Shown in pieces: positions 52,631 to 61,639 of a DNA stretch of 64,000 nt. A model generated the notes under the pieces. It did not search any database. It was not told the origin of the DNA and worked only from the letters and a program-made list of their open reading frames with translations. The position numbers were made by a program, and so were the translations under genes. Numbering within the stretch: position 1 is the first letter of the stretch; every line of letters starts with the position of its first letter. The DNA comes from a virus (lineage: Duplodnaviria > Heunggongvirae > Uroviricota > Caudoviricetes), in IMG/VR virus record IMGVR_UViG_3300009551_000002, positions 1 to 64,000 of that record. One strand, written 5' to 3'.

Positions 52631-52655
52631 TCTGTGTTCGTGTCCTTTATGTCTG

Positions 52656-52686
52656 TTAGATGATATCCAAAGCGCTTAGGATTCAT
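52656..52686. repeat. 31-bp palindromic intergenic motif copy
   Basis: TTAGATGATATCCAAAGCGCTTAGGATTCAT. Confidence 0.6.
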
Positions 52687-52882
52687 CCTTTTTTAATTCG
52701 TGTTTGTAGATCTCGCGCCATCCCGAGAACGCTCTATGCTCTAGCGTCCACGTGTCTAGCTTTAGGATCGCCATTTCACGGATGGCCCTAGCGCGTGCTG
52801 CGTTGCCGGGTTGAGACCGGAAACGAAAGACCTCTTTACCGTCTGAGTCGAGCGCGCGATAGAGCGGATTAGAGACTCTCAT
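52676..52882 (-). CDS. hypothetical small protein
   Basis: 68 aa. Confidence 0.4.
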   Translation of the reverse strand: MRVSNPLYRALDSDGKEVFRFRSQPGNAARARAIREMAILKLDTWTLEHRAFSGWREIYKHELKKDES

Positions 52883-53088
52883 TTCGAGACCTCCGCAGCT
52901 TCGACTGCTGCGCGTAACTTATTAACGTGCTCCGGTTTTATGTTCGCCATTGTCGGATTACATCCCACGATCCGCACGCGGTCTGCGTCGGTGATCCCTA
53001 CCGCATATCCGCGTCGGGCTAACTCGAAGATCGTCACAAAGTTCTTAGATGCTTCTAGCGCCTTCCGTTGTTTCTGTGTCATACTCAT
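52879..53088 (-). CDS. hypothetical small protein
   Basis: 69 aa. Confidence 0.4.
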   Translation of the reverse strand: MSMTQKQRKALEASKNFVTIFELARRGYAVGITDADRVRIVGCNPTMANIKPEHVNKLRAAVEAAEVSK

Positions 53089-53118
53089 TGGATGCTATCC
53101 AAATCGGTTTGGTTACAA
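53088..53118. repeat. 31-bp palindromic intergenic motif copy
   Basis: TTGGATGCTATCCAAATCGGTTTGGTTACAA. Confidence 0.55.
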
Positions 53119-53166
53119 TTATTTTATCGTGCAGAAAATGCAATGTAAGAAACGATTGCCGTGCTT

Positions 53167-53529
53167 TCATACGCGCTCTTTACAGACGTGCGGCTCATCA
53201 GCGCCGCACCATGCGCACACTTCAGGCTCACCCGCCGCGATAGCTTTAACTGCATCGTGCGCGTTGCCGTTGCCACTCCACACGGTATCGCGTCGCCCAT
53301 AGCGGTTCAGGTCCACCAGCTTGTCTGTAAACAATGCGACAATCGGATGTTCGTTTACCCAGTTCGTACCTTTACCGAGTCGCCGCGCTTCCGGCCATAG
53401 GACCGTATGAACGATTTCCTTAAACGACGCGAGCACGCCCGATAGGTTGCATGCGTCTTGGCAATCGAGCGCTGTCTGTGCCGCTTGTTGTAGTGTCATT
53501 GGGTATATCCTCCGTGGTGATTCAGTCAT
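53167..53529 (-). CDS. hypothetical protein
   Basis: 120 aa. Confidence 0.45.
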   Translation of the reverse strand: MTESPRRIYPMTLQQAAQTALDCQDACNLSGVLASFKEIVHTVLWPEARRLGKGTNWVNEHPIVALFTDKLVDLNRYGRRDTVWSGNGNAHDAVKAIAAGEPEVCAWCGADEPHVCKERV

Positions 53530-53642
53530 CGGTTATGGCCCTCGTGCTGGACTCCCGCGCGGGTATGGCGCTACGTCCAGCGGCCACCATTTCGAGTGGC
53601 ATGGTTAGTCCTTTCCAAGTCCAGCACGCGGACCACTCCGCG

Positions 53643-54062
53643 TTATAAATCCTTTTTACGTGCCACGTCTGAAACCGTACACACGTATTCTACGCCATTT
53701 TCTCTACAAAGTAGAGAGATAGGGCCCTTGCGCGATCCATTCTCGTGACGGGTGATAAATGGCAGTCGCCCCATCATTTCAAGCTGTTCGACAATCCTAT
53801 CCTCGAAGTGATTGCCGTAGCCGTACTCGTAGCCGATCTCAGCCGCGATTTCGCCATTGATGAACGCCTTGGCACTAAAGTAGGTATTGCCATAGCGCCT
53901 ATCGAACCATCGGCGACCGATCACAGTGAGAGACCGCACGCGCGGTATAACGACGTGCGCGTCTGACTTGCCGGGAAACATCGTCGCCAATACGCCGCAT
54001 TGGATGCAATTACCGTCCGGCCATACACGCGGGTGCTTGCACTGTTCGTTTGTCATAGTCAT
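53643..54062 (-). CDS. hypothetical protein
   Basis: 139 aa; N-terminal C-x...C-x2-C. Confidence 0.45.
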   Translation of the reverse strand: MTMTNEQCKHPRVWPDGNCIQCGVLATMFPGKSDAHVVIPRVRSLTVIGRRWFDRRYGNTYFSAKAFINGEIAAEIGYEYGYGNHFEDRIVEQLEMMGRLPFITRHENGSRKGPISLLCRENGVEYVCTVSDVARKKDL

Positions 54063-54091
54063 TTGATGCGATCCAAAGCGATTAGGATTCA
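54061..54091. repeat. 31-bp palindromic intergenic motif copy
   Basis: TTTGATGCGATCCAAAGCGATTAGGATTCAG. Confidence 0.6.
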
Positions 54092-54676
54092 GGCTAATGT
54101 CTCCTCAGCCGCGATGTCTTCGCCTACGCCATTGATCGGGCACGGTTCGTCTGGTACGTTGCTAATCGCCTCAGACCGCGCGTAGTCGAGTCCGTAGAAT
54201 CCCCAGCAGGAATCGATGTCTTTACCGTCCGCGTCCGTGATCTCGAACCCCCAAACGTCACCGCTTAGGTATTGGTTCCAGGTCTCAATGTGGACCTTGG
54301 CGTAATGCTCCGCGCTCCAGTTCTTTTTCGTCTCACGTGTTCTGTACCGCCATTCACTCTTAGCCAGGAATAGCGTGCCGATTCTGCCGGAGTCCCACGG
54401 ATCGGCAAATTGACCGCCACGTCCTAGACTCAGCGCGACGCCAGAATGAATGTACGCGTATACCGGGAACGCCCAGTATTTGCGCTTCATTTCCGGATCG
54501 TCGTCTAATTCGGGCGCGCTCTTGCCGTCGTGTAAGCGCTCAAAGTAACGATTCTTAGTCGTCACCAGGATAATGCCGTCGTCGCCAAACTCATCGGGCG
54601 CGGTTGCGTCGTGATCGGCGATCAACTTGACTGTATAGCCGTTGTGTTTGAAATTCTCAGCGATATATTCTTGCAT
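54089..54676 (-). CDS. hypothetical protein
   Basis: 195 aa. Confidence 0.5.
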   Translation of the reverse strand: MQEYIAENFKHNGYTVKLIADHDATAPDEFGDDGIILVTTKNRYFERLHDGKSAPELDDDPEMKRKYWAFPVYAYIHSGVALSLGRGGQFADPWDSGRIGTLFLAKSEWRYRTRETKKNWSAEHYAKVHIETWNQYLSGDVWGFEITDADGKDIDSCWGFYGLDYARSEAISNVPDEPCPINGVGEDIAAEETLA

Positions 54677-54895
54677 TGTGTAGATTGCCCTTCATTGGAA
54701 CCACTCGCGCGCCGCGATTCGCCGATATAATTGACCGTCGCGACATTCGGGCGCGCTCTAGTGGTGCCTAGTAGGTCACTCTTTAACTCCTATAAAGTCA
54801 CTTGCGGTTACATAATCCCCCCTTTCGTTTCCCTGGAGCGCATTGCGGGCGCGTCCTCGCGGACATCGTTTCTCCCACAGACTCCAGGCCATGAC

Positions 54896-55114
54896 TTACT
54901 CCGTCAAAAGATCGGCCAGATTCGGGTATATGACCGCGATATCTGCCGGGACTTCCACGTGCCAACCGTTAGCAGTATGAACCGTCGTCAGAATGACATT
55001 TGATCCATGCCGCCGTAGGTAATTGGTCCCACGCCGCGCGTACTCACGCGCGTCTGCTTTGCCGTGCCGTGGGAAACTCACTGTTTTCTGTTCGTCCATA
55101 CTGATTAGATGCAA
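54896..55114 (-). CDS. hypothetical small protein
   Basis: 72 aa. Confidence 0.4.
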   Translation of the reverse strand: MHLISMDEQKTVSFPRHGKADAREYARRGTNYLRRHGSNVILTTVHTANGWHVEVPADIAVIYPNLADLLTE

Positions 55115-55135
55115 ACCAAAGCGCTTAGGATGCAG
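55105..55135. repeat. 31-bp palindromic intergenic motif copy
   Basis: TTAGATGCAAACCAAAGCGCTTAGGATGCAG. Confidence 0.6.
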
Positions 55136-55550
55136 CTATTACGACGTCGCCGTTCTCGATCTTATCGGCCAGTTCGTTAGCGCCTTTGAGTAACGACTCC
55201 GTGACCTCATTAGCCAGATAGTCGCTAATCACGTCATAGCCGTCATTGCCCAGCACAAAATATACCCATCCAATGCTCACGATGGACTTGTCGCTTTGCG
55301 GTTGCCAGACCGCGCGCCGCGCAGGTTCCCCCGTCAAGGGACCGTCTCCCTCATGGATGAATACGTGCGCGTCGTCGCCTGCCATTGCTTCGTCGATGAT
55401 CTTCTGTTCGTCGCGCGATCCTAGCAGCATTTCATCTACGTCGTAACCGCGCTCTAGTGAGACCGATAGACGGTTGCCCGCTGCCAGCGCGTCTTTCACA
55501 AAACGCGTGATGATGGCCTTCTCTACTGCTTGTCTGAGTTTGACTGACAT
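55125..55550 (-). CDS. hypothetical protein
   Basis: 141 aa. Confidence 0.45.
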   Translation of the reverse strand: MSVKLRQAVEKAIITRFVKDALAAGNRLSVSLERGYDVDEMLLGSRDEQKIIDEAMAGDDAHVFIHEGDGPLTGEPARRAVWQPQSDKSIVSIGWVYFVLGNDGYDVISDYLANEVTESLLKGANELADKIENGDVVIAAS

Positions 55551-55560
55551 TTATTTTCTC

Positions 55561-55806
55561 CTAAACCTTGACGACTTCGACGCGTACCGCATGCGTTTTG
55601 TTGATTGCCCACTTTGCCCACTGCCAGACGCGCTTGCCGTCGAAGTCCGCGTATGGCGTCTTATCGGTGACCTCGCATCCTTCGATCCATTGCATTGCCG
55701 GATAGTTGTCGTTACCCGGCAGACCTTGACGCGTGGTCAGATAGAACGCGCGTGGCGTACCGTTCTGACGGTCCTTGAAGTGTCCGACGATTCGATAGCG
55801 CTTCAC
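55561..55806 (-). CDS. hypothetical protein
   Basis: 81 aa. Confidence 0.4.
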   Translation of the reverse strand: MKRYRIVGHFKDRQNGTPRAFYLTTRQGLPGNDNYPAMQWIEGCEVTDKTPYADFDGKRVWQWAKWAINKTHAVRVEVVKV

Positions 55807-56030
55807 CGCTGACCGTCCCTCGCGTCTTTGATAGCCTTCGACGCACGTATCAGGTCATCGTCCGCGACGAATAGCACATACGCATCGGATAACAGGTGCT
55901 CGAAACGAAACGAGATGCCAGCTTCGATCAGCACGTCCGCGTCGTTTTGGCAGCGTCCTTTTGTCGTGTTGCTCACTATGCTGTTTTTGTTCATGCTCAT
56001 TTGATGCGCTCCAAAGCGCTTTGGTTTCAA
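55803..56030 (-). CDS. hypothetical small protein
   Basis: 75-aa track ORF; N-terminus overlaps the motif copy, so the real start is probably the internal MSMNKNS. Confidence 0.35.
   Translation of the reverse strand: MKPKRFGAHQMSMNKNSIVSNTTKGRCQNDADVLIEAGISFRFEHLLSDAYVLFVADDDLIRASKAIKDARDGQR
56000..56030. repeat. 31-bp palindromic intergenic motif copy
   Basis: TTTGATGCGCTCCAAAGCGCTTTGGTTTCAA. Confidence 0.6.
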
Positions 56031-56032
56031 CT

Positions 56033-56311
56033 TTATTCTGGTAACCTCGACGCTGGATTGTCGCGCACGTTGGCTCTATTGGCATGCGCCGCCTGCTGTA
56101 GCGCTTTGATAGCGCGCGCACGGTCGTAGTACGTGCCGTCCAATAGATGGACGAAACCACCGTCTGGCAGTCGCCGGACTAGCCTGTATATCTTGTCGCC
56201 AGCAAATCCGCGATCATGTTCCAAGGCATACGGCAGCACGCCGATGTCCTCGTAATTTTTCTTGCCACGTTTGAACGGCAATACCCATTTTTGGTTCATA
56301 CAATCCCCCAC
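56033..56311 (-). CDS. hypothetical protein
   Basis: 92 aa. Confidence 0.45.
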   Translation of the reverse strand: MGDCMNQKWVLPFKRGKKNYEDIGVLPYALEHDRGFAGDKIYRLVRRLPDGGFVHLLDGTYYDRARAIKALQQAAHANRANVRDNPASRLPE

Positions 56312-56871
56312 ACTTCAGTGAGTTTGCGCGCGGATTTCACGTATAGCGTGACGTTACCGCGTTCGTTCACATGGACGACGCCGCCGCGAAACCATTTGGG
56401 AACCTCAGACGTATCGGACACTTTAATGTCCGGCATAAACGCGCCAGACTTGAATTCCTGTTCGTCCAGTTCGTCTACTGGCGTAACATCGTCGTCCCAC
56501 GACTCACTGAGCCAGAATCCATAGTCCGCTCCATCGCCAGGGTGCGCGCCAAAGTAGAAGTATGGCGCGGCATACGATTGCAGCGCGTCTTCTAGCGCCG
56601 CTACATCGTCGGAAGCGTCGTCAGTGTCGAAGTAGTTTTCCAGTTCGTCCATGCGCGCCGTAATGTCGCGCACCAGTGCCGCATGCGCCTTGCGCGTCGC
56701 GCGATCCTGCTTAGGACCATACTTCAGTTCGTGCTCAAGCTGAGAGAGAAACGCCGGGATCAAATCCTCAGGTCTCATGGTGCCGCTGGAGACTGAGCCG
56801 ATTGAGTAGCGTGGTTTACGTTTTTTCGTTGCCATGTTTGTTAGATGCTTTCCAAAGCGCTTTGGATTCAC
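56296..56871 (-). CDS. hypothetical acidic protein
   Basis: 191-aa track ORF; real start probably the internal MATKKRKP at 56834, downstream of the motif. Confidence 0.45.
   Translation of the reverse strand: MNPKRFGKHLTNMATKKRKPRYSIGSVSSGTMRPEDLIPAFLSQLEHELKYGPKQDRATRKAHAALVRDITARMDELENYFDTDDASDDVAALEDALQSYAAPYFYFGAHPGDGADYGFWLSESWDDDVTPVDELDEQEFKSGAFMPDIKVSDTSEVPKWFRGGVVHVNERGNVTLYVKSARKLTEVWGIV
56841..56871. repeat. 31-bp palindromic intergenic motif copy
   Basis: TTAGATGCTTTCCAAAGCGCTTTGGATTCAC. Confidence 0.6.
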
Positions 56872-57249
56872 TTAATACGCTTTATCTGTCCCGATCCAAA
56901 AATGGTTGCCCTGTTCAATCTCGGACGCGTCTGCATCTGGGAACTGTGCGCGCCATGCGTCGAACTTGGCATAATACTTGCCCTTGTACAGCATGCGGTA
57001 CTCCAGGTATTGATAGATGCTCATGTCTGCGGGGCCATGAAAGAGATGTTCCGCCAGCTTGCGGACAGCATGTCGCCGATACTGCGGGAGTGATTTCATT
57101 TCCGGACTGTCATAGACCACGCGTTTGAGAAACGCGAAAGTATCAGCGGATGTCCGTTTGAATTGGACCGCTTCTCTGTAGACCTCGCGCACGCGGTCTA
57201 ATAGCGCGCGTTCGTTTTCGTATTGTTTATCCTGTCTGCTACGTTTCAT
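56872..57249 (-). CDS. hypothetical protein
   Basis: 125 aa; motif copy 6 nt upstream of its ATG. Confidence 0.45.
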   Translation of the reverse strand: MKRSRQDKQYENERALLDRVREVYREAVQFKRTSADTFAFLKRVVYDSPEMKSLPQYRRHAVRKLAEHLFHGPADMSIYQYLEYRMLYKGKYYAKFDAWRAQFPDADASEIEQGNHFWIGTDKAY

Positions 57250-57255
57250 GTTCTA

Positions 57256-57286
57256 TTGGATGCGATCCAAAGCGCTTTGGTTTCAG
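57256..57286. repeat. 31-bp palindromic intergenic motif copy
   Basis: TTGGATGCGATCCAAAGCGCTTTGGTTTCAG. Confidence 0.6.
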
Positions 57287-57633
57287 TTTTTCTTGGCGAA
57301 CGCGTCGCGCATGTTCCGGCGAAAGTCACTCACGAGCACGCGCGACGCTTCACGCTGTAACTTCGCATGGAAGTATCGACCTCGTGAACCATTCGCGTTC
57401 TTAGGTTTCCTGTAGTGGCACGTGTTCGCCCATTCGAGTAGACGCGTTACCTTGCTGCCGTCCAGCGTGTGGAAGTTAGCGCCAGTTTCGATCCCACAGT
57501 CTGCCAGGATCTTACGCGCGTTAATAGTCGGTTGCTCCGATGCGAAGTCATGGCGACCGAGTCGTTGGCCGATGTGATTAGGCATAGATCGCACCATCGT
57601 CACCGATATACAGACTGACCTCACCGTACGCAT
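57283..57633 (-). CDS. hypothetical protein
   Basis: 116 aa. Confidence 0.45.
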   Translation of the reverse strand: MRTVRSVCISVTMVRSMPNHIGQRLGRHDFASEQPTINARKILADCGIETGANFHTLDGSKVTRLLEWANTCHYRKPKNANGSRGRYFHAKLQREASRVLVSDFRRNMRDAFAKKN

Positions 57634-57958
57634 GCGCCTTCTCTGTCAACTCACGCCCGATCTTGCCTTGTGGCGTCGCATCGTTCCAACGGTCCCAGAA
57701 TCCAGCGCCGTGACGATTCCGCGTTAGCCAGAAGTCATGTCCAGCGCGCGCGGTGGTTTCGCCAGCTTCGCTATACCAGCGCTCCAACAGGTCCGCGTTT
57801 GCCTGCTCGAAATCCTCGCAGTCCTTGACCATTTGCGCGCGCGCGTCCGCTGATAGTTCGTGTTCGCCGCTGTCTAGTGGTCTGCCGTCGCCATCGGTCG
57901 AACTCCATAGCGCACACTCGATGTACGATTTCGTGAATGTTTCTGTCATTGTGTCCAA
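57578..57958 (-). CDS. hypothetical protein
   Basis: 126 aa; first gene of the minus-strand array. Confidence 0.45.
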   Translation of the reverse strand: MDTMTETFTKSYIECALWSSTDGDGRPLDSGEHELSADARAQMVKDCEDFEQANADLLERWYSEAGETTARAGHDFWLTRNRHGAGFWDRWNDATPQGKIGRELTEKAHAYGEVSLYIGDDGAIYA

Positions 57959-58211
57959 TCCTAACCGCTTTGGTTATGTCTAGTACAATCGTATAGACGC
58001 TTCATAACGTGCTTACGATTCAACTATTTTATCTCACTGATTCCACGCGCGTTAGAGTATCGTACATACTTATAGTTTCGGCGTGCTTACGCCAAACTAC
58101 CCTTATCTATATGACCTATAAAGACTTACGAGTTACCTAGAAAAACTGCCGTTTTATCCTTTGTATGTACGATATACCGGACCCGTCACCGGCTCACTAC
58201 CAGCGCGTTAT

Positions 58212-58241
58212 TTGCACGCTGCTCTAACTGTATGCTATATA
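58212..58241 (+). promoter_or_regulatory. sigma70-like promoter candidate (TTGCAC-18-TATATA) for gene 58278
   Basis: Lies in a lower-GC 320-bp divergent intergenic region; RBS AAGAGG before ATG 58278. Confidence 0.3.
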
Positions 58242-58277
58242 TGGATCGTCTTTTGCTAAGAGGTTGAAAACATTATC

Positions 58278-58592
58278 ATGACTCCTTCAACGCGTTTACG
58301 GCCTTCTGACGAACTCTCTTCCGTACCGTTCACTCGCGAGAGTAGGGACATGTTGCGAGCACTGGCCGTACGCTTTCATGACCTCGCCAGACCATTACCT
58401 GAACACGCCATTGTCGAAGTAGCTTTACGACGCCTTTATAGCGAATACTGCTTATTTGACAGTGAGGTACAACCGACAGACGTGACCTCTACGCGCCTCA
58501 TCAAACGGAATTCACTTCAGGTCTTGCAAGCCCGCTACCGCGAGTACATGAACCTTGAAACTATCGTGATTCGCAAGCGTCGCACGGCCTAA
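58278..58592 (+). CDS. hypothetical protein
   Basis: 104 aa with RBS. Confidence 0.45.
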   Translation: MTPSTRLRPSDELSSVPFTRESRDMLRALAVRFHDLARPLPEHAIVEVALRRLYSEYCLFDSEVQPTDVTSTRLIKRNSLQVLQARYREYMNLETIVIRKRRTA

Positions 58593-58613
58593 GGCAGTCG
58601 TCACCTTAGTCCA

Positions 58614-58642
58614 GGATGGGCCTTTTAGGGATGGGCCTTTAA
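58614..58642. repeat. tandem direct repeat GGATGGGCCTTTTA x2 (also at 49549-49562)
   Basis: GGATGGGCCTTTTAGGGATGGGCCTTTAA. Confidence 0.5.
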
Positions 58643-58985
58643 TTCCGTATGATCGCTTCTGCTAAGTGTTCTTGTTATGTGATACATGCGCGCGTGCGCG
58701 CACTGTAAGAACAGGCAGGTACTCATAGTACCGTACGTACGTTACCATCCTAAGCGCTTAGGATCGTTTGGGTATCGTATGTATCGGATGATCGGTAAGT
58801 TAAGCGATCACGTCGAAGGCGATGCGCCTGCACGTCGCGACCGTCTCTATTTGATGCAATTGTGAGGATATCGGACGCGTGCTAACGCTTCCGGTCGCAT
58901 GTAAAGGACACTAGGCGAGTACAGGACATCGTAAGCGCTTAGGATGCGCGTGGAGCGCACGCGCACGCGTCGCACACCAAATGGA

Positions 58986-59017
58986 AATGGCCATGGGAAC
59001 GTAATCCCATGGCCATT
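58986..59017. repeat. perfect 13-bp inverted repeat with 6-nt spacer
   Basis: AATGGCCATGGGA-acgtaa-TCCCATGGCCATT in a non-coding stretch that also holds alternating GC tracts (GCGCGCGTGCGCGC) and a TACGTACGTA palindrome. Confidence 0.55.
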
Positions 59018-59042
59018 GATGGAACGCGCGTTTATAGCGCGT

Positions 59043-59372
59043 TTATGCGTGTATTGGAGTTTGTTCTACAAATGCGACATTAGCCGGATCTTCAGTCAGC
59101 ATGACCGCTGATTGGTCGAAGATTCCGGCAAGCTTGGAAGCTTCAGCGCGTATGGTGACCTCAGGCGCATTGGTCATGACATCAACCGATAACGATGGTT
59201 CGCTGATAAGCGCACCGTCATGCATCCATCCGCCCATGGCATCATGCGCGGTATATCCGCCGAACGTCTCCGCGATATCAGTCAACGCGCGTTGACGTTT
59301 TGCGGATAGGTCAGTGATTGGACGGTTGGACGCGTCAAGCCCTTGGCCGATAGTGAACGTGACGTGATTCAT
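59043..59372 (-). CDS. hypothetical protein
   Basis: 109 aa. Confidence 0.4.
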   Translation of the reverse strand: MNHVTFTIGQGLDASNRPITDLSAKRQRALTDIAETFGGYTAHDAMGGWMHDGALISEPSLSVDVMTNAPEVTIRAEASKLAGIFDQSAVMLTEDPANVAFVEQTPIHA

Positions 59373-59917
59373 TGATTGTAACCTCCGACTAGTGGGAAGG
59401 ATTCCTGCAAGGTCGCTGCGAGTGGTCGCGCGTCGCGCGCATCGTTCGTGATGATGGATTCAACGTAGGTATCACCAAAGGGATAGATACGCACTGCGAC
59501 GCGCGTAACTGAGCCGATGCGCGTATGGAGTTCGTCAAGGTAGTGGCGTGCGACAGACCGCGCGAGTAGCTCGCACGATATCGTCACCGGGCCAAGTGAG
59601 GCGAAGTAGGTACGGAAGTCTAGGTTATCGAGTAGAAACCCGTTCGAGTCTAGCGCGTCAGACGTATAGTCGATATCGACCATGTAACGAAGCTTGCAGC
59701 GTTCGTCATTGATGCCACAGTGTTTCGTTCCAGGTACGACATTGATGGTGAAATCGTCCGAGGAATGCTGGTGGTAAGTGTAGGTCATATCGCCACACCT
59801 AACGCGTGCAGGATCGACAGACAGAAGACGATACAGAAGATCGTCGCGACGATGATACTGGTAATCCATGACATGACTAACGATTCTCCTTCCGGTATTC
59901 ATTGAACGCGTACCCAA
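59369..59917 (-). CDS. T-fold protein resembling 6-pyruvoyl-tetrahydropterin synthase/QueD (catalytic Cys-His-Gly-His motif not conserved)
   Basis: GFLLDNLDFRTYFASL and ISCELLARSVARHYLDEL parallel QueD GWIIDFAELKAAF and TSEVLAKWIWDQV; CxxxHGH is replaced by CGINDER. Confidence 0.3.
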   Translation of the reverse strand: MGTRSMNTGRRIVSHVMDYQYHRRDDLLYRLLSVDPARVRCGDMTYTYHQHSSDDFTINVVPGTKHCGINDERCKLRYMVDIDYTSDALDSNGFLLDNLDFRTYFASLGPVTISCELLARSVARHYLDELHTRIGSVTRVAVRIYPFGDTYVESIITNDARDARPLAATLQESFPLVGGYNQ

Positions 59918-60095
59918 AGCCGGATACCAGCAGCGCTACTAACAGGTGTGCAAAGTGAGTCATGGCTATATCTCCTCCGCGACGCCAACGAACATAATCG
60001 CGATATCCGCGATTACCCAAAGTATGGAGACGATCGTCAAGACTACTAGGTGGGTCTCGTATGCGGTCCCAGCACACGTCGCGAGTTCGCACCAT
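59877..60095 (-). CDS. small membrane protein
   Basis: C-terminal TM helix. Confidence 0.3.
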   Translation of the reverse strand: MVRTRDVCWDRIRDPPSSLDDRLHTLGNRGYRDYVRWRRGGDIAMTHFAHLLVALLVSGFGYAFNEYRKENR

Positions 60096-60195
60096 AACCG
60101 AGACCGTTTAGTAATCTTGACGACCTTGGCAGCATGACGAACGTGCAATGGTGCCGTGTGCAAGGGTGCCGTGTGGTGTTGTTTCGCGCGTGCCA

Positions 60196-60381
60196 TTAGT
60201 TGACCTCCTCATTGTTCATGTTGGTAGCAGGCGCATCATTGAGAGGTAGCGCGTTCGTGCTGTACTCGCAATTGCAGAGTAGGTCTACCAGTGATGTCAG
60301 CAGGTTTATCAGGTGTTGTCTCATATTCGTGGTTCCTTTCGTCGTACGGGAATAGACTACAGATAGACAGACGCAATCCAA
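60196..60381 (-). CDS. hypothetical small protein
   Basis: 61 aa. Confidence 0.3.
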   Translation of the reverse strand: MDCVCLSVVYSRTTKGTTNMRQHLINLLTSLVDLLCNCEYSTNALPLNDAPATNMNNEEVN

Positions 60382-60397
60382 AGCGCTTTGGTTGCAT
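60370..60397. repeat. palindromic intergenic motif copy (core)
   Basis: GACGCAATCCAAAGCGCTTTGGTTGCAT. Confidence 0.55.
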
Positions 60398-60653
60398 ATT
60401 AATTCATTAAAGTTAATTCATACTTGTACACTTACCTCGGCGCGACCGGTCGCCGTCCCATATACCCCTGCAATTGTGATGTAATTCCCGAGCACGTTTC
60501 GTGCCATTCCAGACCCACTCGGTTAAAAATAGGATGTTTTGACCGAGACCGGCGCTAGGACTCTCACTCGCAATTTTGAAAATATAAACGGTACATACGA
60601 AATGCGAAGAAATGGGCTCTCGATTTTTTCACAAAATATGAAAATATCAAATC

Positions 60654-61190
60654 GTGCTCACGATATCGATGACGATGCTGGCCGTGACGGTGGCGGTGGT
60701 AGCTCGTGCGTTCGCTGGGATGCTTGTATATAGGGCCTCGTACTCATGGCGCTTCGCGCCACTCGTACTCGGCCCATCAATTATTACTTCTCTTCTCTTA
60801 TACTGTTGCTGTATGGCAGCTAAGTGGTATTCCGAATACGTTCGGACAGAACACTGGGAGAGACTACGGAAGCTCACTTATGCAGCCGCAGGCTACGCTT
60901 GCTCCAATCCATGGTGTCGCGCGAGAGGTCAGCTAGTTTGTCATCACCTTACTTACGAACGTCTCGGGCATGAACGATTAAGCGATTTGAGTGCGCTGTG
61001 TTCGACCTGTCACGATGCCGCGCACAGGACGAGACGACCACCGTACATGATAGAAATCATTTCCAGACCGCAGCCGCCAGTCATAGTGGCGATGATTTTG
61101 CGGCAAGAACTCATGACTTTACGGCAAAAGCGTCGGCCTCAAGGATGGGGCATCGCGCGGCGTAGTCGTCGGTCTTTGCGTTGGGTATGA
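60654..61190 (+). CDS. HNH endonuclease-domain protein (N-terminal hydrophobic segment)
   Basis: CSNPWCRARGQLVCHHLTYERLGHERLSDLSALCSTCHDAAH; start may be an internal Met. Confidence 0.5.
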   Translation: MLTISMTMLAVTVAVVARAFAGMLVYRASYSWRFAPLVLGPSIITSLLLYCCCMAAKWYSEYVRTEHWERLRKLTYAAAGYACSNPWCRARGQLVCHHLTYERLGHERLSDLSALCSTCHDAAHRTRRPPYMIEIISRPQPPVIVAMILRQELMTLRQKRRPQGWGIARRSRRSLRWV

Positions 61191-61203
61191 TATCTTCATA
61201 ATT

Positions 61204-61566
61204 ATGGGAGAAGTCAAAGTAGTCGCCTGCAATTACGCCGTCAATACCAAAACTGCCAGGAAAGGCTCGCTCTGTTACGTGCTCCTCTCCAATCCAGGTT
61301 CAGGCAATGACCGGATCTTCATCCTCAACAGATCACGCGGCAAACGATGGATTGAGCGTTGGGAGCGCATCGATCGACTGACAAATTTCAGAATGAAAAT
61401 CGTCGTCGCCGCCAGTTCTATCTATGATCGGGTGAAGAATCATGCCTACCAGGAGCCCGGCCCGTTCCAGTCTGCGGAGATCCGCGAGCGCATCGCTCGA
61501 TTGATCGATATGAGGCCCAGAGTAGGCTCCTATGGGTTCGAGCAGAAAGGAGTGGCGCGATTGTGA
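61204..61566 (+). CDS. hypothetical protein
   Basis: 120 aa. Confidence 0.45.
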   Translation: MGEVKVVACNYAVNTKTARKGSLCYVLLSNPGSGNDRIFILNRSRGKRWIERWERIDRLTNFRMKIVVAASSIYDRVKNHAYQEPGPFQSAEIRERIARLIDMRPRVGSYGFEQKGVARL

Positions 61567-61639
61567 GCTATCTCACTAAACTGGCGTTCCTGCTGGTGTT
61601 CGTCGTGCAATTTCTGGTAGCTTACATCGAGGCCCATAA

